Assembly: GCA_963924565.1 (NCBI GenBank)
Contig: OZ004609.1
Location: 24,304,001-24,368,000 of the forward strand
Source: Ascidiella aspersa
Lineage: Eukaryota
Direction: 5' to 3'
Length of the DNA: 64,000 nucleotides
A program made the position numbers and the translations under genes. Shown here piece by piece: positions 1 to 15,000 of the stretch (positions are counted from its first letter, which is position 1; each line of letters opens with the position of its first letter). Below the pieces are notes generated by a model. That model ran no database searches. It was not told the DNA's origin and saw only the letters and a program-made list of their open reading frames with translations.

Positions 1-636
1 CTCCAAAAGCTCAATTAAAATGACACTGGACCTTAAATTGCGGGAGTGCACGTCTGCCATGGGAGAAAATTTACCGCAACCTCTACAATTCAACAATCGA
101 AAACAAACTAAGAAGCTTTTAGATAAAGCTTAACTTGGGCGCAATTGTTACAAATGACTCCCTTTATTCGTTTGGTAAAACCGAATCTAACCAATGTATT
201 TTTTGCAAAAAGGCCACGGAAACCCTGTACCACTTGTTTTATTTGTGTCCTGTTACGTGTCTATACTGGGAAAACGTGAGTGCGTGGTTAAATACTAAAC
301 TACGAATATCGTGTGTGTTTTCCCGCGAGCAATTACTCTTTGGAGTGCACAAAAACGAACCGTGCAAAACAGTTGTGAATTGTGTCCTTTTATGCGCGCG
401 ATATGTTATTTATCATTGTAAATATGCCGACACTGTCCCGACTATGTTACGCTTTTTACTGTTGCTATCTTCTGTGCGAACTTCCGAGCGATATTCGGCT
501 TTAAAAAGAGGAAGTATGACAAAACACAAAAGTAGATGGTCGTTAGCTGCTTGAGAGCTTCACTATTTTGATTTGTTTTTCTTGTTCGTTTTTTTCGCTA
601 TCTATTTTATTCATAAAAAAAAAAAAAAAAAAAAAA
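1..636 (+). mobile_element. 3' end of a defective non-LTR (L1/Tx1-like) retrotransposon: zinc-binding C-terminal region of ORF2, short 3' UTR and poly(A) tail
   Basis: The frame of ORF 135-554 extends upstream as PKAQLK*...LPWEKIYRNLYNSTIENKLRSF*IKLNLGAIVTN...CIFCKKATETLYHLFYLC. This is the CxxC-x8-H-x4-C motif typical of the RT-associated zinc-binding region. In-frame stops lie at 21-23 (TGA) and 120-122 (TAG). A T-rich UTR is followed by A22 at 615-636. Confidence 0.85.
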
Positions 637-2002
637 TATGTCCTATTTTGGCTAAAATAGGCCATACTACCCAGAGAAGCGCGAAAATAAGCTGCTTTTC
701 GGGTAAAAGAAGTGTTCATTTTTTAGTTTTTTTGGGGGGGTTGGCATTGCCATATCGCCCCCCTCTAGATCCGCCCCTGCCTACCATATGTTCTCTTTTA
801 CGAGGATTTTTCCTCTTTTCTAAAGAAAAATAAATAGTCTTCCTAGAGGACGCTCAAAAATGCCCAAGTGTCCCCTTTTTTGCATTTCGAGTTAGCTGCT
901 TATAATTTCGAAAAGACTAGGCGAGGCGTTGTTTAATTTCCAAAAAATACTGTAGCCTTGAAACATGCTGAATTGCTTGTTTAAAAAAGGTTTTCTAACA
1001 AATTGCCCACACATGTAAAAAGGCCCATTAATTAAGAAAAAATGTGTGTGATTATTCACTTTAAAACGTAGGATTTTAAATCGTCACTTGTAACTCTGTT
1101 CATAGTTGCCAACAGCAAAACATCGCGCTCGCAACAAATAGATCCATATTTGCGCTTAAGTCGACCAGCAACACCAAATTTCCTATCGAAAATTAATCGT
1201 CATTAAACTCAAGCGTAACAATTCTACTTCCGTTTTACTTGCCGGTCAAAAATATCCCCTTTTTGGGTGCTAAAAAAACATGGAAGCCCTACCTATAAAG
1301 CAACATTGTCTAAAACGTAATTATATATAATGACATAGCACTAGGACAGTGTTGTGTTCCGGTAAAAGAATTGGTGCCGTAATGGCGTTTCAGTGAAATA
1401 TATTTTGCATGTACGTCGTATCGGTAAAAAATATTCTTTTTTAAACAGGCCATATCCTTGTTTCACCAGGCCATCTCGCCATCTTCTTGAATGTACTAAG
1501 TGTAAGATTTTAGTAGCCTATTTGTGCAAGACATCAAACGATACGGTTTCCTAAAGTTGATTATGACGTCACTCTGTGGTTTGAACATTTTCGTGTATTA
1601 CAGTGAAAAATTTCCATCGTTCCCAAAATAATTTATTGTATTTTTACTGATAAGATTTAGTTATATGCTTATACTTCAAAGTTTTGAACATTAAATCATA
1701 CTTCTGGAAAGCACGAGAAACGTTTTTTTTTTTTCGGGATGCATAGTGTGGTTCCTACGGCACATTGTTAGTTAACTAATATAGAAGTACAGTAAAAAAT
1801 TTACATTTTGGTATTGAGAAAAAAGATTAGCCCGTTGCTCGATATATTGAATAATTTGGTGCTTAACTCAAAAACGATTTCAAACATGTTGTACCAACAT
1901 TGACCACAGGCAGCCCTTGTAATTCTTTGAATTCTCCCCTAAAAGAAATCCCCTGGTTGAAAAACCCTGGCCTACGAGGACTATTAAATGTTTCAGTTAA
2001 AT

Positions 2003-3607
2003 CAGGGTTTCCCAACCTTTTTATACTAGTGCCCCCTTGGGCTCCATATTATTTCATATCGCCCCCTAAATTAATAACGTAGGACCGCATGTAGGTGCAT
2101 ACCTTGAAAAAATTAGGGCATATCATTTACATACAACAATAATTGCGTTAAGGTACACGCTGGTGCATACTACTCTGCGCTACTGCAATTAAAATGTCTA
2201 ACGATTCAACATATAGTTTCATGCATACCAAAACATCACACTACACTGCTCTTTTTTAAACTTGATAATGCAATCGTGTTTTGTCGTAAGCCTAACATAA
2301 AATATTACTGGCGTTGGTAAGAACAGTACTCCGCAACTTTTTCCACTTGCGGCAAACCGTCAGAGCTAAAACAATATGACGGCACACCTACGGAATAAAT
2401 GTCGACAAACGATAGACAACATCAGCAAAAATCCGAAACAGTCAATAGAAAAAGAAGCGGATGATCATTAAATGCGGAGGCGCCGAAAATTTTATTTAGT
2501 ACATTTCTTTGCATTTTATTTTGCGGTATTGCCGACTTCCCAAAATTACTATAGCCGGTCAAAGTCCTGAAAATTGTGGCCTTGGTGCTTTTTACTTTTT
2601 GCATAGTTTATTGTTCGAAACATCTGCCAAGACTAATTATACAATCACATACTGCCAATAATATCTTTATAGTAGTGTTTTATGGGTTTCGAGCGTATGA
2701 TTAATCTTGAGTTTGTTGAAAAGTTTGGAAATATCTGTTGTATTTTGATACTGCTGGTAGTTGAGTCGTTAAAAAATATTTTGATATTTGATTTTCGGTG
2801 ATAGAAGATAACATATAGGTTTTACGTTTTAAATATTATTAGAAGTTCATAAAATTACAATTGTGGATTATCGCATAAGATGAAAATACCTGCCTCAATA
2901 TGATATACGTTAATTCGAAGATTATTGAAAAGTACCATTAAAACGCAGGTAACACATTTCCGGGAAAGTCGCGGCACACCGGTTGCGGAACACTGGTCTA
3001 GAATCCAACCATAGCGTTGGAAAACTTATTAATAAAGCAACGCACACTATTTAGGTTTGTGTGTCGGTTAGTGCTTTAGTGCGGGTGGATCAAGTATTAT
3101 TATTCAATAATCTAAAATTCTAAGTGCTTAACCTACCCAAACCCAAAATTTTCGCTATGGTAGGATTCTAGACCAGCGCCAGATTGCTTCCTACTATACT
3201 TACATTGTTTAAGTTTATGTCATTACCAGGAAAAATCAACTATCTGCACCAAGACTTGAAATAAACAAACGTTTTGCCGCGTATAAAACGCAATATCAAC
3301 CAACAAACTTACATAAGAAAAATAAGAAATTATTACTTTAGTTTAGAAATTAATAAAGAGCGGGAAACTACTACAAGTTCGCAGTACGAAAGTTGCCATT
3401 TAAGCTTAAATGTTACATACAATATTCACAATGCTGTTTGATACTATTTTTATGTAAACTGTTTGTAAAATTCAGCGGAAAGTACTTTTATGTGATGCCC
3501 CCTTATATGCGTTTAGCGCCCCGCAAATGAGACAAAGACCCAAAACGCCCCCTTGTAACTCTCCAACGCCCACAAGGTGGCGTCACCGCCCACTTTGGGA
3601 ACCTCTG
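2003..3607. mobile_element. Non-autonomous hAT (Buster-type) element with nested MITE fragments
   Basis: Termini CAGGGTTTCCCAA / TTGGGAACCTCTG, with a perfect 8-bp TSD AGTTAAAT at 1995-2002 and 3608-3615. Confidence 0.85.
2994..3179. mobile_element. MITE, second (left-truncated) copy of the GGCGCTGGTCTAGAATCC family also at 63542-63744
   Basis: Inverted termini CTGGTCTAGAATCCAACCATAGCG ... CGCTATGGTAGGATTCTAGACCAGCGCC, plus the shared internal GGGTGG(A/G)TCAAGTATTATTAT segment. Confidence 0.75.
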
Positions 3608-6064
3608 AGTTAAATGAACGAAGCTAAAATAATATCAGGAAAATGCACGGTTTAAAGATGCTGTTTTGAAAAGTTTCTTAAAGAAATACACCAGGCATGC
3701 ATTTTCCCCCATCTCCCAAACGGTAAAAATAAAAGTTAAACGATAAAATGGTTTAATTTTAGATCGATATTTCAATTACTAAATAAATGTAGTTAAGCGT
3801 ATAATTGTTAGGTTTCTTCAGTTCTTGAGCAATTAGTTCTCTTTGCTACTGGTGCAGAAGTGTAGGCCTATTTGTAGTCAGCGGTGCTTACGGTGGCTTT
3901 GTCTTCTACACTTAATTGTCGTAATGGATCTTGCGTTTGCCGGTGCCTAATGGACATAAAGGCGTGTTTGTAATTTATGGTGTAACACTATATGATCGAC
4001 ATTATTCTTTTGGCGCTTGTGTTAGGCAATTGTAGGTGTTTCACTGTTGGATGCAGTATTCAATGCATTACAAGTGACGTTTGCAAAACCCTCTGTTTTG
4101 TTTTTTTCCTTAATTGCACGCATTGACGAAAAATGCTTTAGTCGTGTTGAAGCGAATTTCACATGTTGTAATTGATGTAGACAACACTAGTAGCTTAATT
4201 TCTGCAGCAAAGGATTATGGGCCGTGGTCGTTCTATTCTACTCGTTTACACACGTATAGTCAATGTTTTCAGTGCGATTAGAGTAGTGGTTCATAACTTT
4301 TTTCCCAGCGCCCCTTTTCAGAGACTTCCGTAGTCTGGCTTCCCCAATAATACTAGATGATGAGATGAAGTTAGGTTCTGAGAATATGGCAAATCTTTTT
4401 AAATAAATACATTCATTTTTATTAGCAATTTAAGAAAATAGGGGAAGTATTTCAATCAGTTCTTAACTACAACATTTATGTATACCTAAACCCGAAACAT
4501 TTTATATAATTTAATTTATATAATCTTAGCAGCGTGCTAATATTCTCGAACGAGTTAGTTTGTATTTGCAACGGGAGTAAAGTTAATCAGGCGAATCGCG
4601 AAAAAGATCGGTTTCAAGATGACAGGAGGTTTTATGGGAGGTTTGCCGCATCAAGCACAGGAAAATATTAGACTGCACAACTAAATGCTGGACGTACTGA
4701 ATCACATAAAAGTTTGCACGAATCGCAAAAGGCATACGTTGTGTTATCTGTTTTAGAATTTGGATAGATATTACTCGTGCTATATGGCAAAAAAAGAGAA
4801 AACATTGCGATAACTAGATATTTTGACAGAACTTGCATTTTGTAGGGAATCCACACATCCCTAAGCTGTGGACGAAAAGTGAAAAGCTTAAAATGGGCAA
4901 AACATATTGCGAAATCTTATATAACTCGCCAGAAGGTCTGCACGCTGCAGGAATTTTGCGCCGGTTCATAAACCATTGTTGATACAAGTGAATAGTCCAA
5001 CGTAGTATTTTTTTTAATTTTTAAAAATAACCAAAATTCTTAGAATAGGGGGTGTCGAATAATATCGGAATGAAGTCGATACTAGAGTGTTATCAGTGCT
5101 GATACCAGATCATTGCACGAATTTCAGCAATCATTTGCGATTGAACTCAGCTATTAAAGTTTTGTAACAAATAATGATTTAATAACTGGTTTATATGGTT
5201 AGTATACTTACTAAAGGTAAACAAAATTTTGGTTCAACATCCCTTGAACGTTCGAATTTCATCTATTTTGCGCGTTTGAGGGTATAAACATATAATGTTC
5301 ATTAGGGCAATGTTTGAAGAGGCGTTTTTCAAAACTTGCGTGGTGTGACTGTGAAGCGCTATTTACACATGACTTACTTTACCAACCTTTTCTTCTCTTG
5401 TAATATAAGCTGGCAAACATTGGGACTGTATGTTACGTAACAGTCGATGTTTGAACTATACAGAATGGCAAAAAGCCTTTCAAAAAGTCAGCTGTAACAT
5501 AAGCTTGTTTAAAACATTACACTCAGCGTAGGGCTTTGCTTTTGTAATTTCTTCTAAAGGTGCATGTTGAGTTTGCAGGATTGTAATGTCATCAGATTTA
5601 CCAAAAGCGTCTCTACCGGACAGGTTTGTATTTCACTAAAATGGTGACTTTAATACTGTCAGTTTATAATTTAAACCCCATTCAAGTAAAATCCCAATTA
5701 AGATAGCCAAATCCCCGTTAACAAGTAACATAGACAAAAGTAACCTAAAACACTTCAGAACGTCTTTGAATATGACATATCTCTCGCTATACCACGTATT
5801 AAAATATTACGTATTGACCACACAACGAGTTTTTTAAACTGCTCACTGACAAGCAGTTTTTCTATCGCCTTTCAGCATAAAGTATAGAGCCAATCACTAT
5901 CAGTGAAAAGTAATTTGCTCGTAAGGCGTTTTTTTCAATAGAGCGTAGACAGTGATTTTCAAGGCACCATCTGTTCATTTGCCCCTTTAGTGCTGTTTAT
6001 ATTTAAGTAGATTCAAAAGTTTCTAAAAGTTATAATAATACGATATAATTAGGAGATTTCTAAA

Positions 6065-9000
6065 ATGGTTGCTGTTGATAATTCTTTTCCCAGTTCGGAA
6101 ACCTCGGAGACCATAGAATCAGAAGAAATTCAGTCCGGAAAACCAAAAAAAGGTTAATATTTCAGTAGATCAGCGAAACTAATGTGTTTAATGACAGATT
6201 ATTCATACTTTTAATTCTTGTTGTGTAGGCCTTATTAAGGCATTATCAACGTTGTGTCAAAATGTTTACAAAAATATTTTCTATGATTTAATCAATCCAT
6301 ACTGAAATACATTGTTGTACATTGTGCCACTTCATGCATGTTTATTTTAGCGTATCCCTAAAAGCAGAAAAATGTGTTTTTATGCGAATGTTTGTATAAC
6401 CCTACTAGATACCGATTGGGCTACTGCCGTGGTTTGCCTCTCCACGCCTATAATGAATTATGCTCTTTCTTTTGTACTTTGGTTTGGCTCAAGTATAATT
6501 TTTAAACTTTTAAAGGTAATCGCATTTAGGAGTGTTTTGGTGTTTACCTCAAAACAAAGGTATGTATTTAACCGACAGGCCTAATGTAAAGTGCGAACCG
6601 GTCTTTTTTGTCGGGCGCCCATAATGGACTGTAGACTACAGGCTAACATTTTCTTCAACATGGGTCGATTTACGTTAATAATTTAGATCTGCGATTTGTA
6701 ATTAACCGATTTAACAACTGTATCCCTAGAAACACGCTCGGTTTATCTGAATCAAGCTGCGCAAAAATATCCATATTCCATATTCAGTATGTTAATATAG
6801 TCACACTATAGTGGAACCAGTCATAAAACTGAAATTGGAACAACATTAACGTCAACGTTTGAAAATAACACAGTTCGGAAGAAGACCAAAATAGGACTAA
6901 TGTCTAATAGTTCGAATAATATTTAAATCGAAATAATACCTAACCCGTCAAAATAAGACATAAATGGCCAGAATAAGGCCAACTCAAACCTTGTTTCATC
7001 ACTCTCAGGTAAAAATTTTAATCTGTTTATTACACGTCCCTAACCCCAAACATGGGCAAACAATCCGGTGCCAAAACAGCGGCACCACAAAGGCATCGTT
7101 CAAACTTGGGCGCAAAACGTTGACACCTAAACGGCCGATGCCAGAGGGTGACTCGCAAACGTAATATATATATCCTTTCCCTACAGATTTAGAAGCTATT
7201 CCGATAAATTTAGAACTCGCATCCCTGTTTAGATATTCGTTCAGGCAATCTCTATTAACTTAAAAAAAAGATACATGTTAAATGGGACATCTCCACCATT
7301 AACAATAATTTGTAAGCTTGGATAAATGTTTTCCATTCTTTATTTTTAGAATACTCCTCCCTAATAATCCAAAAATTGTTCCAAGTTAAAAAATTCGTTT
7401 TGCTAACTTTTTACTAAATAGAATTTGTTATCAGGTTTTGCAGCCTACTTCACGCAAGATGTAGTGGCGTGGGTGATTTCAATGATATTTATCATCGTGT
7501 GGATTGGAGCCATGTGGGCATGGGGTGAGTTAGTGAGTATTGGCCATAGTACATTTTATATCGTTATACGAATAATAACCTTCAGATTGGCAAAAATGTG
7601 CAATACGCCAAATAATAATTTCAAATCTCTTGTATTTGATTTTCGTTTTTCTTTAAAAGCTTTACTTCTCTCCAGAAATTAAACAAAAACACCATGTTCT
7701 AAATCCGTGCTGTAATTTTATAACAATCGTCTACATTTAAAAAAGAATAGAAATGTGTATATTCGCCTGACGTGATTTTGAAATCGATTGAAAGCCCTGT
7801 CTATTTAAATCGTACCGTTTTGGGTTTTCAACCCAATGGTTTTACTTATTAAAATGGTCGAAAGCCCGCCCCGGAGATTAGATCGAAGCCAGATTTTATT
7901 TTAAAGGGTATAATTATAATTAAAGTTTTAACGTGCACACACTTAACTAAATACACAGACATGTCTTAAGTTAATGAAATAATAATATGATTATTATTTT
8001 TTTGGTAATATCTGGATCTAAGCCTGTTCCGGCAATTCTAGATGGAAATAAGACCAATTCTAGTTGGTCTTATTTCCATATCGCAAGATCCAAGTAAATT
8101 CACAAAGGTTGTAAAAAAGACCCAAAATAACTTTACTCCACACGAGCAGAATACTATACAGTTACGCAAACAGCATCGTCAGTTTTACTAAGCTTCTTAT
8201 TCAAATAGAACATTTACGACGTTCGTGGTTTTGCTTGGATCATGTGTTAAGTTATGTTCGGCTGTGTTGTGATTTGTGCAAAACTGTTTTGTTTTTTTGA
8301 AAGGTATTGCTGAGAACTGGTACGCGCTTTCTGGTTACTATCACAAAGGCGTTAACACATCGGAGGAACGATTCCTAGAGGAACCGTTTGGTTGCAACGA
8401 AACGATTCCAGGTAAGAATTATTGGTGTTTTGCTAACAACTAAATTTTGCAGAAATATTCAAGACACCCGTTTGGTCTTACACGGATTTCGACAAATCTT
8501 TTATTACACCGGTAGAACAAAATGACCTTTGTTTAGTTTTTGTTAATGTCCTGATGCACTGTGACGTCAGGTTTGAAAGTAAATCCGTGACGTCTGGTTA
8601 TGACGTATCTTGGTGACGTATTTCAGTTTTTCCAATAGATGTTATTGCAAATTAAGAACCGAAACTACGATCATTCTTTGTGCTTTCAGGTAGGGATTCG
8701 AATGAGTGCACTGCCACCTGGTATTACTGGAAGTTGCCGCCGGCAGAGGTAACCGCCCTCACGCAAGCAATCGTGTGGATCTTTTACTGCGCCCACCAGA
8801 TTTTCATCTGGGCCCTTATCTACAGCGCCCAGCTGGTCACCACCTTTCGCAAGAAGGGCAAGCGAAAATACAAGTAATTAAAAAGGGACCGTATCAACTA
8901 ACATACGGCAGTATTAATTATTTAGACAGCTTATTGTGCTTTGTTATCAATTATGCAATTTTGTTACCGCTACGATGAGATTTTATTTTTATAAACGTAA

Positions 9001-12000
9001 AAACAGACAATTTGAACTAAATGGTAAGACTTTTCTTATCTTATGTAAGGAAAATTACGGTCTGTTAACAACAGCCTGTTTCTCATTTGGCAATCGAACC
9101 GCGTCTTTAAAAAATGACGAAGCGCCGCGATCACTCACAAGTTGCTCCACATGCAGCTGTGAAATTAAATTCGTGCCGGCCGTCCTTTCCAAAATAACGC
9201 CGCGTATAAGCGTCACCATCCGCTAAAATCAATCACTGCTGCATCAGATACACTCGCTTTAATCCGCGTAAAATCTCAACGTTACAAATCCGTTAATTCA
9301 GAGACTTTTCTAGTGATCGACCGATAGCACTTTATAAATATCGGCCCGAAATTACCGATACCGATATGTCAGTAAGAGCACCATGACGGCCGATATTCGG
9401 TATAACTCTAGAATTTTCGATGAAATTGTACATTAAAAATGCCTCGATGCACCTGCATTGGGCCACATCACGTTTTAGTCACGGCAATGCATCAACATTT
9501 AACCGCGGAATATTCGCTTCCTTATTAGTGAAACAACCGTTTCAATTGTGCTGCACGATGTTTAACAGTTTTGACGCAAGTTTTTACCGAAATAGGAACA
9601 ATTTCGGGGTGCGGGGTGCCGCTCATGTTGAAAAATGCGTTGTTCCGTGCAAATAGCAGCCGTTTACGCAAACATTTTGTTCGTTTAATGCCCAATTTTT
9701 GCAAATGCGACGTTAAAGCCTCATTTAACGCTAATCCACAAGCCTATGTCACGTTCAATGTTAGGCCCTAATTCCCATTATTCGCCAGTGCAATTTGCCA
9801 ATTTAGTTCATTTTTTTACGCGTGATGATCGTGTGAAGTATTCGTTACAGTTTCGACAAAAAACGCGATGTTACATTAACAACCATGTCAGCAATCGTTT
9901 GTTGTGTTTTGTACCGTAATAAATAATGACTTGCCTCACACCGAGGTACACAGGATAAGGATTTATTTTTATAGTTATCTTACGTATCAGTATTTGTTAA
10001 TTTATTTACTTCTTTTTTTCGCTTTTTTTTTCAGCCACATTCTTATTTATCCCTGAATTTCAAATTGGTCAAAAATATTTATTAAGGAGTTTAGATAGTA
10101 TTTTAATAGCTTAAAAAATGATTTTTTGGGATACTTATACTCTTAAAACCAAAGAGCCAACGCGCAGAATGTGCGATCAAACTAAACCCATCAACATGTT
10201 TTCTGCTAAGTTTTGCCCTTATCCAGTATTTTACCTATTGAAGTCAACTGCCGCTTTACACCTGCTTGGGTCCAATGTTGTTGCTTTACCATCTTGTCAC
10301 TCGTCGCTCAATCCTGTCGTTTTTTGTTTGGCCCTCCGCTTAATGCCGTTAAGTGTGTCCCCCCCAAACACGCTAAATGCTGTAGCGGTCACGGCCGAGG
10401 CGCCTTCGCTTTATGTTATGTTTGCACCGCATCACGCAAATTTAATTATGCGAGGCCGGCATTTTCAGGTTTTTGGCGAACGTCTTTATAAAACTACTGC
10501 AAAAATGTCCCCAGCTAATGGCTTTCAATCCATCTGTGTTGCATTCCATTTTGAAATGATGAACAACTAAATTACGACTGTGGCTGTGTTGTTATACATC
10601 CTAGAAAAGAAATAGGTAAAATACGACCAATTACTGTATACTTCAATTTATTATGCTTATTATTAAAACGTTTAAAGGCAAATGGTTTGTTAATGTTACT
10701 TTCCAACTATTGTTGACACTATTATATCTTCTTTAGAAATAAACTGCGGTGGTACAACTGGGCTTTGCTTGGAGTCAATGCCATTTTCCACGTTCTACAC
10801 CTGGTTCAGACGCATTGGACGTATGACGGAACTGCTCAGGATGTGGCCATCTCGTCATCACAGGTTTATTCGTCGTTTTCTCTTATTTCGTTTGATTACG
10901 TCAGTTTGGAGCATAATCGTTGGATGCTGTAGTAAGACGTAAAAAGAATATCAAAGCCCATTCAGAAGTAGGTATCATTTTGAACGAATTACTCTTTCTT
11001 GATTTTCAACACATTCCAGACAAGACCATAGACTGTGTTGAACATAAATAAAGAGTTATTCGAAACATTTACAACTATACCTACTTCTGTATTGGCTGTG
11101 ATATTCTTAAGGTTAACTGATTATGCTGTAACTCAGAGGTTCTCAAGCTGTGCAGCAGGCATCGTTTTAATTTTGTAAGGGTTCGTACAATGATTGTGTT
11201 TCTTATCTAAACTCAATTGCAGCAATAAAATGCCTATAAATATAAGTAATCCCTGATATGTGAATTAAAAATAAAAAAATCTCCAGCAACTTATAATGAT
11301 TTTCTGAAAACTAGAGTAAAATAACCATCGCTGGGTGCGTCGCAAGTCCAACAAACTTTTCCTAAGGCGTCGCAAGAAAACAGTGTGATAACAACTGTCG
11401 TAGCTGATTGTGTTTACGTTTTCTCACTTAACAAAATATTTTCATTATCATGCTGGGTCTCAACAGAGTTTAAACATTGTGTAAGTTTATATATGGTCTG
11501 TACCTTTAAGCTTGGTAAAAAAAGGTGAGATGCTTTGGTAAAAAAAGGTGAGATGAGTTTTTTTCATTCTTACGAGCAAAGGTAATTCAACAAATTTTAG
11601 TTACTTAAGTCATTTTCATTGTATATTTAGTAAAGCCGATTTTTTTCAATCCGAATACCCTCATAGGTGAATATGACGTTGGCACCTTTGCCCAAACCGG
11701 CTGTGTAATTTTATACGCATTCTTGGCAACGTTTTTGAACTTTTGAACTTATACTGTCAACTGTCAAGTGCGCCAGACATTCAATGTTTGCTTCCCAAAG
11801 TTGGTCATTGTTTTTTTACGGTTTTGTTCGCTTGGCACGAAAATTTAGACTTTAACATACGCGTACTTGGGGATTGCATGAAACAAACCTATCATCACGC
11901 CATCATTTCGCTCACAGGCCTCCGTGATCATGATGATATGCTTCATTTTGCTCATGGAGTATAAGGACAGAGGAGTTATGTTCATGTGGCCCAACCCTAA

Positions 12001-15000
12001 GTCGGATGACGTGGTGGCAAAATACTTGCGATTAAACCTGCAACCGATTGAACTGATAAGGAAGTATGTGCAGTAATGTATTGTACTTTATGAGCCATTA
12101 ACTTTGTTCGATATTCTTGTAGTTTGGTGTCATATAACGCTATTTGTATGTTAGCGTTTTTTTAGGTGTCACAATTATTCCGACTTTTTTAAAGCGGTAA
12201 CATTGTAGTCATGGTTTAGTAAGCAAAATTTAAAAAGACTGATAAAAATAAGTGGGCCATATTTTACAAACCGAACGAATGGGTTGTAATAATATATTTA
12301 AATTAGTAAACAACTTACAGTGTTTTTGCAAATCAAGTATGACAAAGATTTTAAAACGAAAGTTGGTATTCTGGTGCGACGTAAAATTTATTCTATGCTT
12401 AAATTTCACTATATTTATAACCAACGATCGAAGAAACACTCCTGTGTATACCTTAACATTTGGTCAGTTCGTCCGTTATGCAATATAAATTGATTTTTAA
12501 ACGGCGGAATTGTTTAAATTTGGATTGTAAAATCAGCTCTCCGCAATGACAAAACAGGTCTCATGTTCACTTGTTCAAACAAGGTATTTATTTACGTTCG
12601 GGCCGGGAAGATTTATGGTATAGTGTGCTTATGTAACAGATATTTTTTAACACTTTTTTATCTAAGGTTGTTTTTTTGAACAGTTTGTTTGCACAATAGC
12701 GCACCCACGACCCACGTTCTGTTTTTATGGTCTAATTTTTCAATATGTTCCTATTAAATTATAATCGTCGACCAAGCTTCAAGGGTAAAAAGTTTGCAAG
12801 TCTGCAGATAACAGCCCAAGAGGCAAACATGGGTGCTGCACAAATGTATGTCCCACAGTGTACTGCGAATGCTGGCGCGATTTTTTGGGATTGCACAGAT
12901 TCAATTAACCCCGCTTTTTTCACGGTTCAATTTCCATTTGATAAAGATATCACGGAATAGCGTTTTCTTGGGCCTCCATCTACACGTTCTGGTATCACCC
13001 GATGGAAAACACATGGGGTCACACGACGGGTTTCTTTCACACTGCAATCGTTATGCTTCAGGGAAGCCTCATTTACACCGACATGCACCTCAACAGGTAC
13101 ACATTAAATGTTCTAATAAAGAGTTTACTAATGGGAGTTTTTCGTTTATTGTTTACGGTTAAGATAAAAACATATTTTAGTACTGCCTAAAAGTTAGACG
13201 AACCGTGCCCTGTAGTTTGTTGTAACACTTCCGATAACTATGAAAGTGTTGGCTTACCGTTTGATTTCCAAACACCCAGTTAATAGTATTTTAAAAATGT
13301 AACTTAGAACCCTGTGTCGGTCAGCACATCGTGGCTCGCTGATTGCACGTGGCGGTGTTTTGTATACACACAGAGATTACTGCTCACATTTTTAGGTACT
13401 GGAGACTGGTGACCGAGTCTTGGGTTGTGATACACGGCACCATGGTGGCGGTACAGACTGGTGACCCCGACGTGGCCGGGGGGTCGAGCACTTGGCCCAT
13501 ATTCGGATTCGGTTTTGGGCTTATCTTCTTTTTTACTCAGGTAAGCATTAAACTCAGTGCCCGTGGTGAAACTCAATTTTTCGACGAGAATCATGAGCCT
13601 TAAGCGATTTGGTCAACGCCCCACTTTTTTTTACAAAGTTTTCTTTACAAAAACGAATTTAGACAAGACACAATCAAGCTTTTAAGGGTACTTTGGCACT
13701 TCAACTAGTTAACTAAAATTTTGAGTTTTAAAATACATAAAAAAGGAGCATTGTTTCCATTGTACACATAGTTTACCGGCGGTCTGACGCGCTGCACTGG
13801 TGCGCCTTGAAAAGGTCAAGTGTAATGCTAACCAAGCTTTAATTGCTCGTTTAACGCTAGAGATCCAAAGCCGTACCAGTCGCCATTTGGAGTGTAGAAG
13901 TTTACATGGGTGGTTAAACATCAGCTGAAAATCAAACAACGGGAACTTTTCAAGTCACTTTGGCAATTAATGGCAGTATCTTATCTAAAGCTAACAACTT
14001 GACAATGGTGCATTTATATAAGGCAGGGATGGCGAACCTTTTTATCGCGCGGGTCACAAACACGAACTTAATCCATAAAAAATGCACAAGTGGGTCATAT
14101 AGTTAATTATATGCTAATTTACGCGAAACTTTGATGCTGCATCGTTTTAAGTGTTTTTCCTTGAGTTAGTAATTTAAGGTTTTTGATTTCCAAAGTTCGG
14201 ATTTCTACGAATAGAAAAAATCTAAAATGTTAACAAATGCTTCAGTATTTTTTGTGGGATTGCAGGAGTTCAGCATAAAGCTGTTTTCAGCATGGTTTTT
14301 CAGAATTTTTAGTCTGCGAGCTCTTAATTTTCTTAAAGGATCGCCACCCTTTACGTTTTACAGCGATAAATAAAATGCTTTTAGTTGTCTGCTTTACTGC
14401 ACGCATTTGATGAAGTACAGTTAATGTAGGCCCTACTCATCACATTCAAACAGTATATCGTGCTATCTAACGAATAATTTTTACATTATCCTTTCCTAAT
14501 AATGATTGATAACATTTCTGTATTTCTAGACAGACAAGTGGGTTACTAAAAATGTGTGGTGGGTCACTTCGTGACCCGCGGGTCAGTGGTTCGCCATCCC
14601 TGATATAAGGTGTACTTTCAATAAACACATTTGTCTCACGCGATAAATGTATAAAAAGTCTGAAGTATCCAGAACGTTTATTTGAGCGTTGACCAGCTGG
14701 GCGAAGTCTGGTAGAATACCTAAAACATGTTCAGTATGTGTTGCCTAAAAATACAGAATGCTGAATTTCACCTGCTCCTTAGCAATTAAGAATCGTGTAC
14801 AGTTATGGTACATATATAGTTAATGTTTAACGTTAGTTCGATGCGGAAACTGGATTGTATATAATGACTTTACGAACTTTTGTGACCTTTTTGCGAGCGC
14901 AGTTTAAATATTAACCCAAATCTGACACTGAGTTGAAATACTGGACACAACGGTTATCTTTAAACAAACGACTATAAAATACTTCCGGGGAAGTCTCGCG

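Noticed and set aside
10118-10570. 150-aa intronic ORF in the membrane-protein gene
   Set aside because: No recognisable motif. It is not needed for the phase-consistent gene model, and the opposite-strand frames I read contain several stops.
11512-11556. 23-bp tandem duplication (TTGGTAAAAAAAGGTGAGATG); similar short duplications near 47770 and 49606
   Set aside because: Ordinary local slippage with no functional signal.
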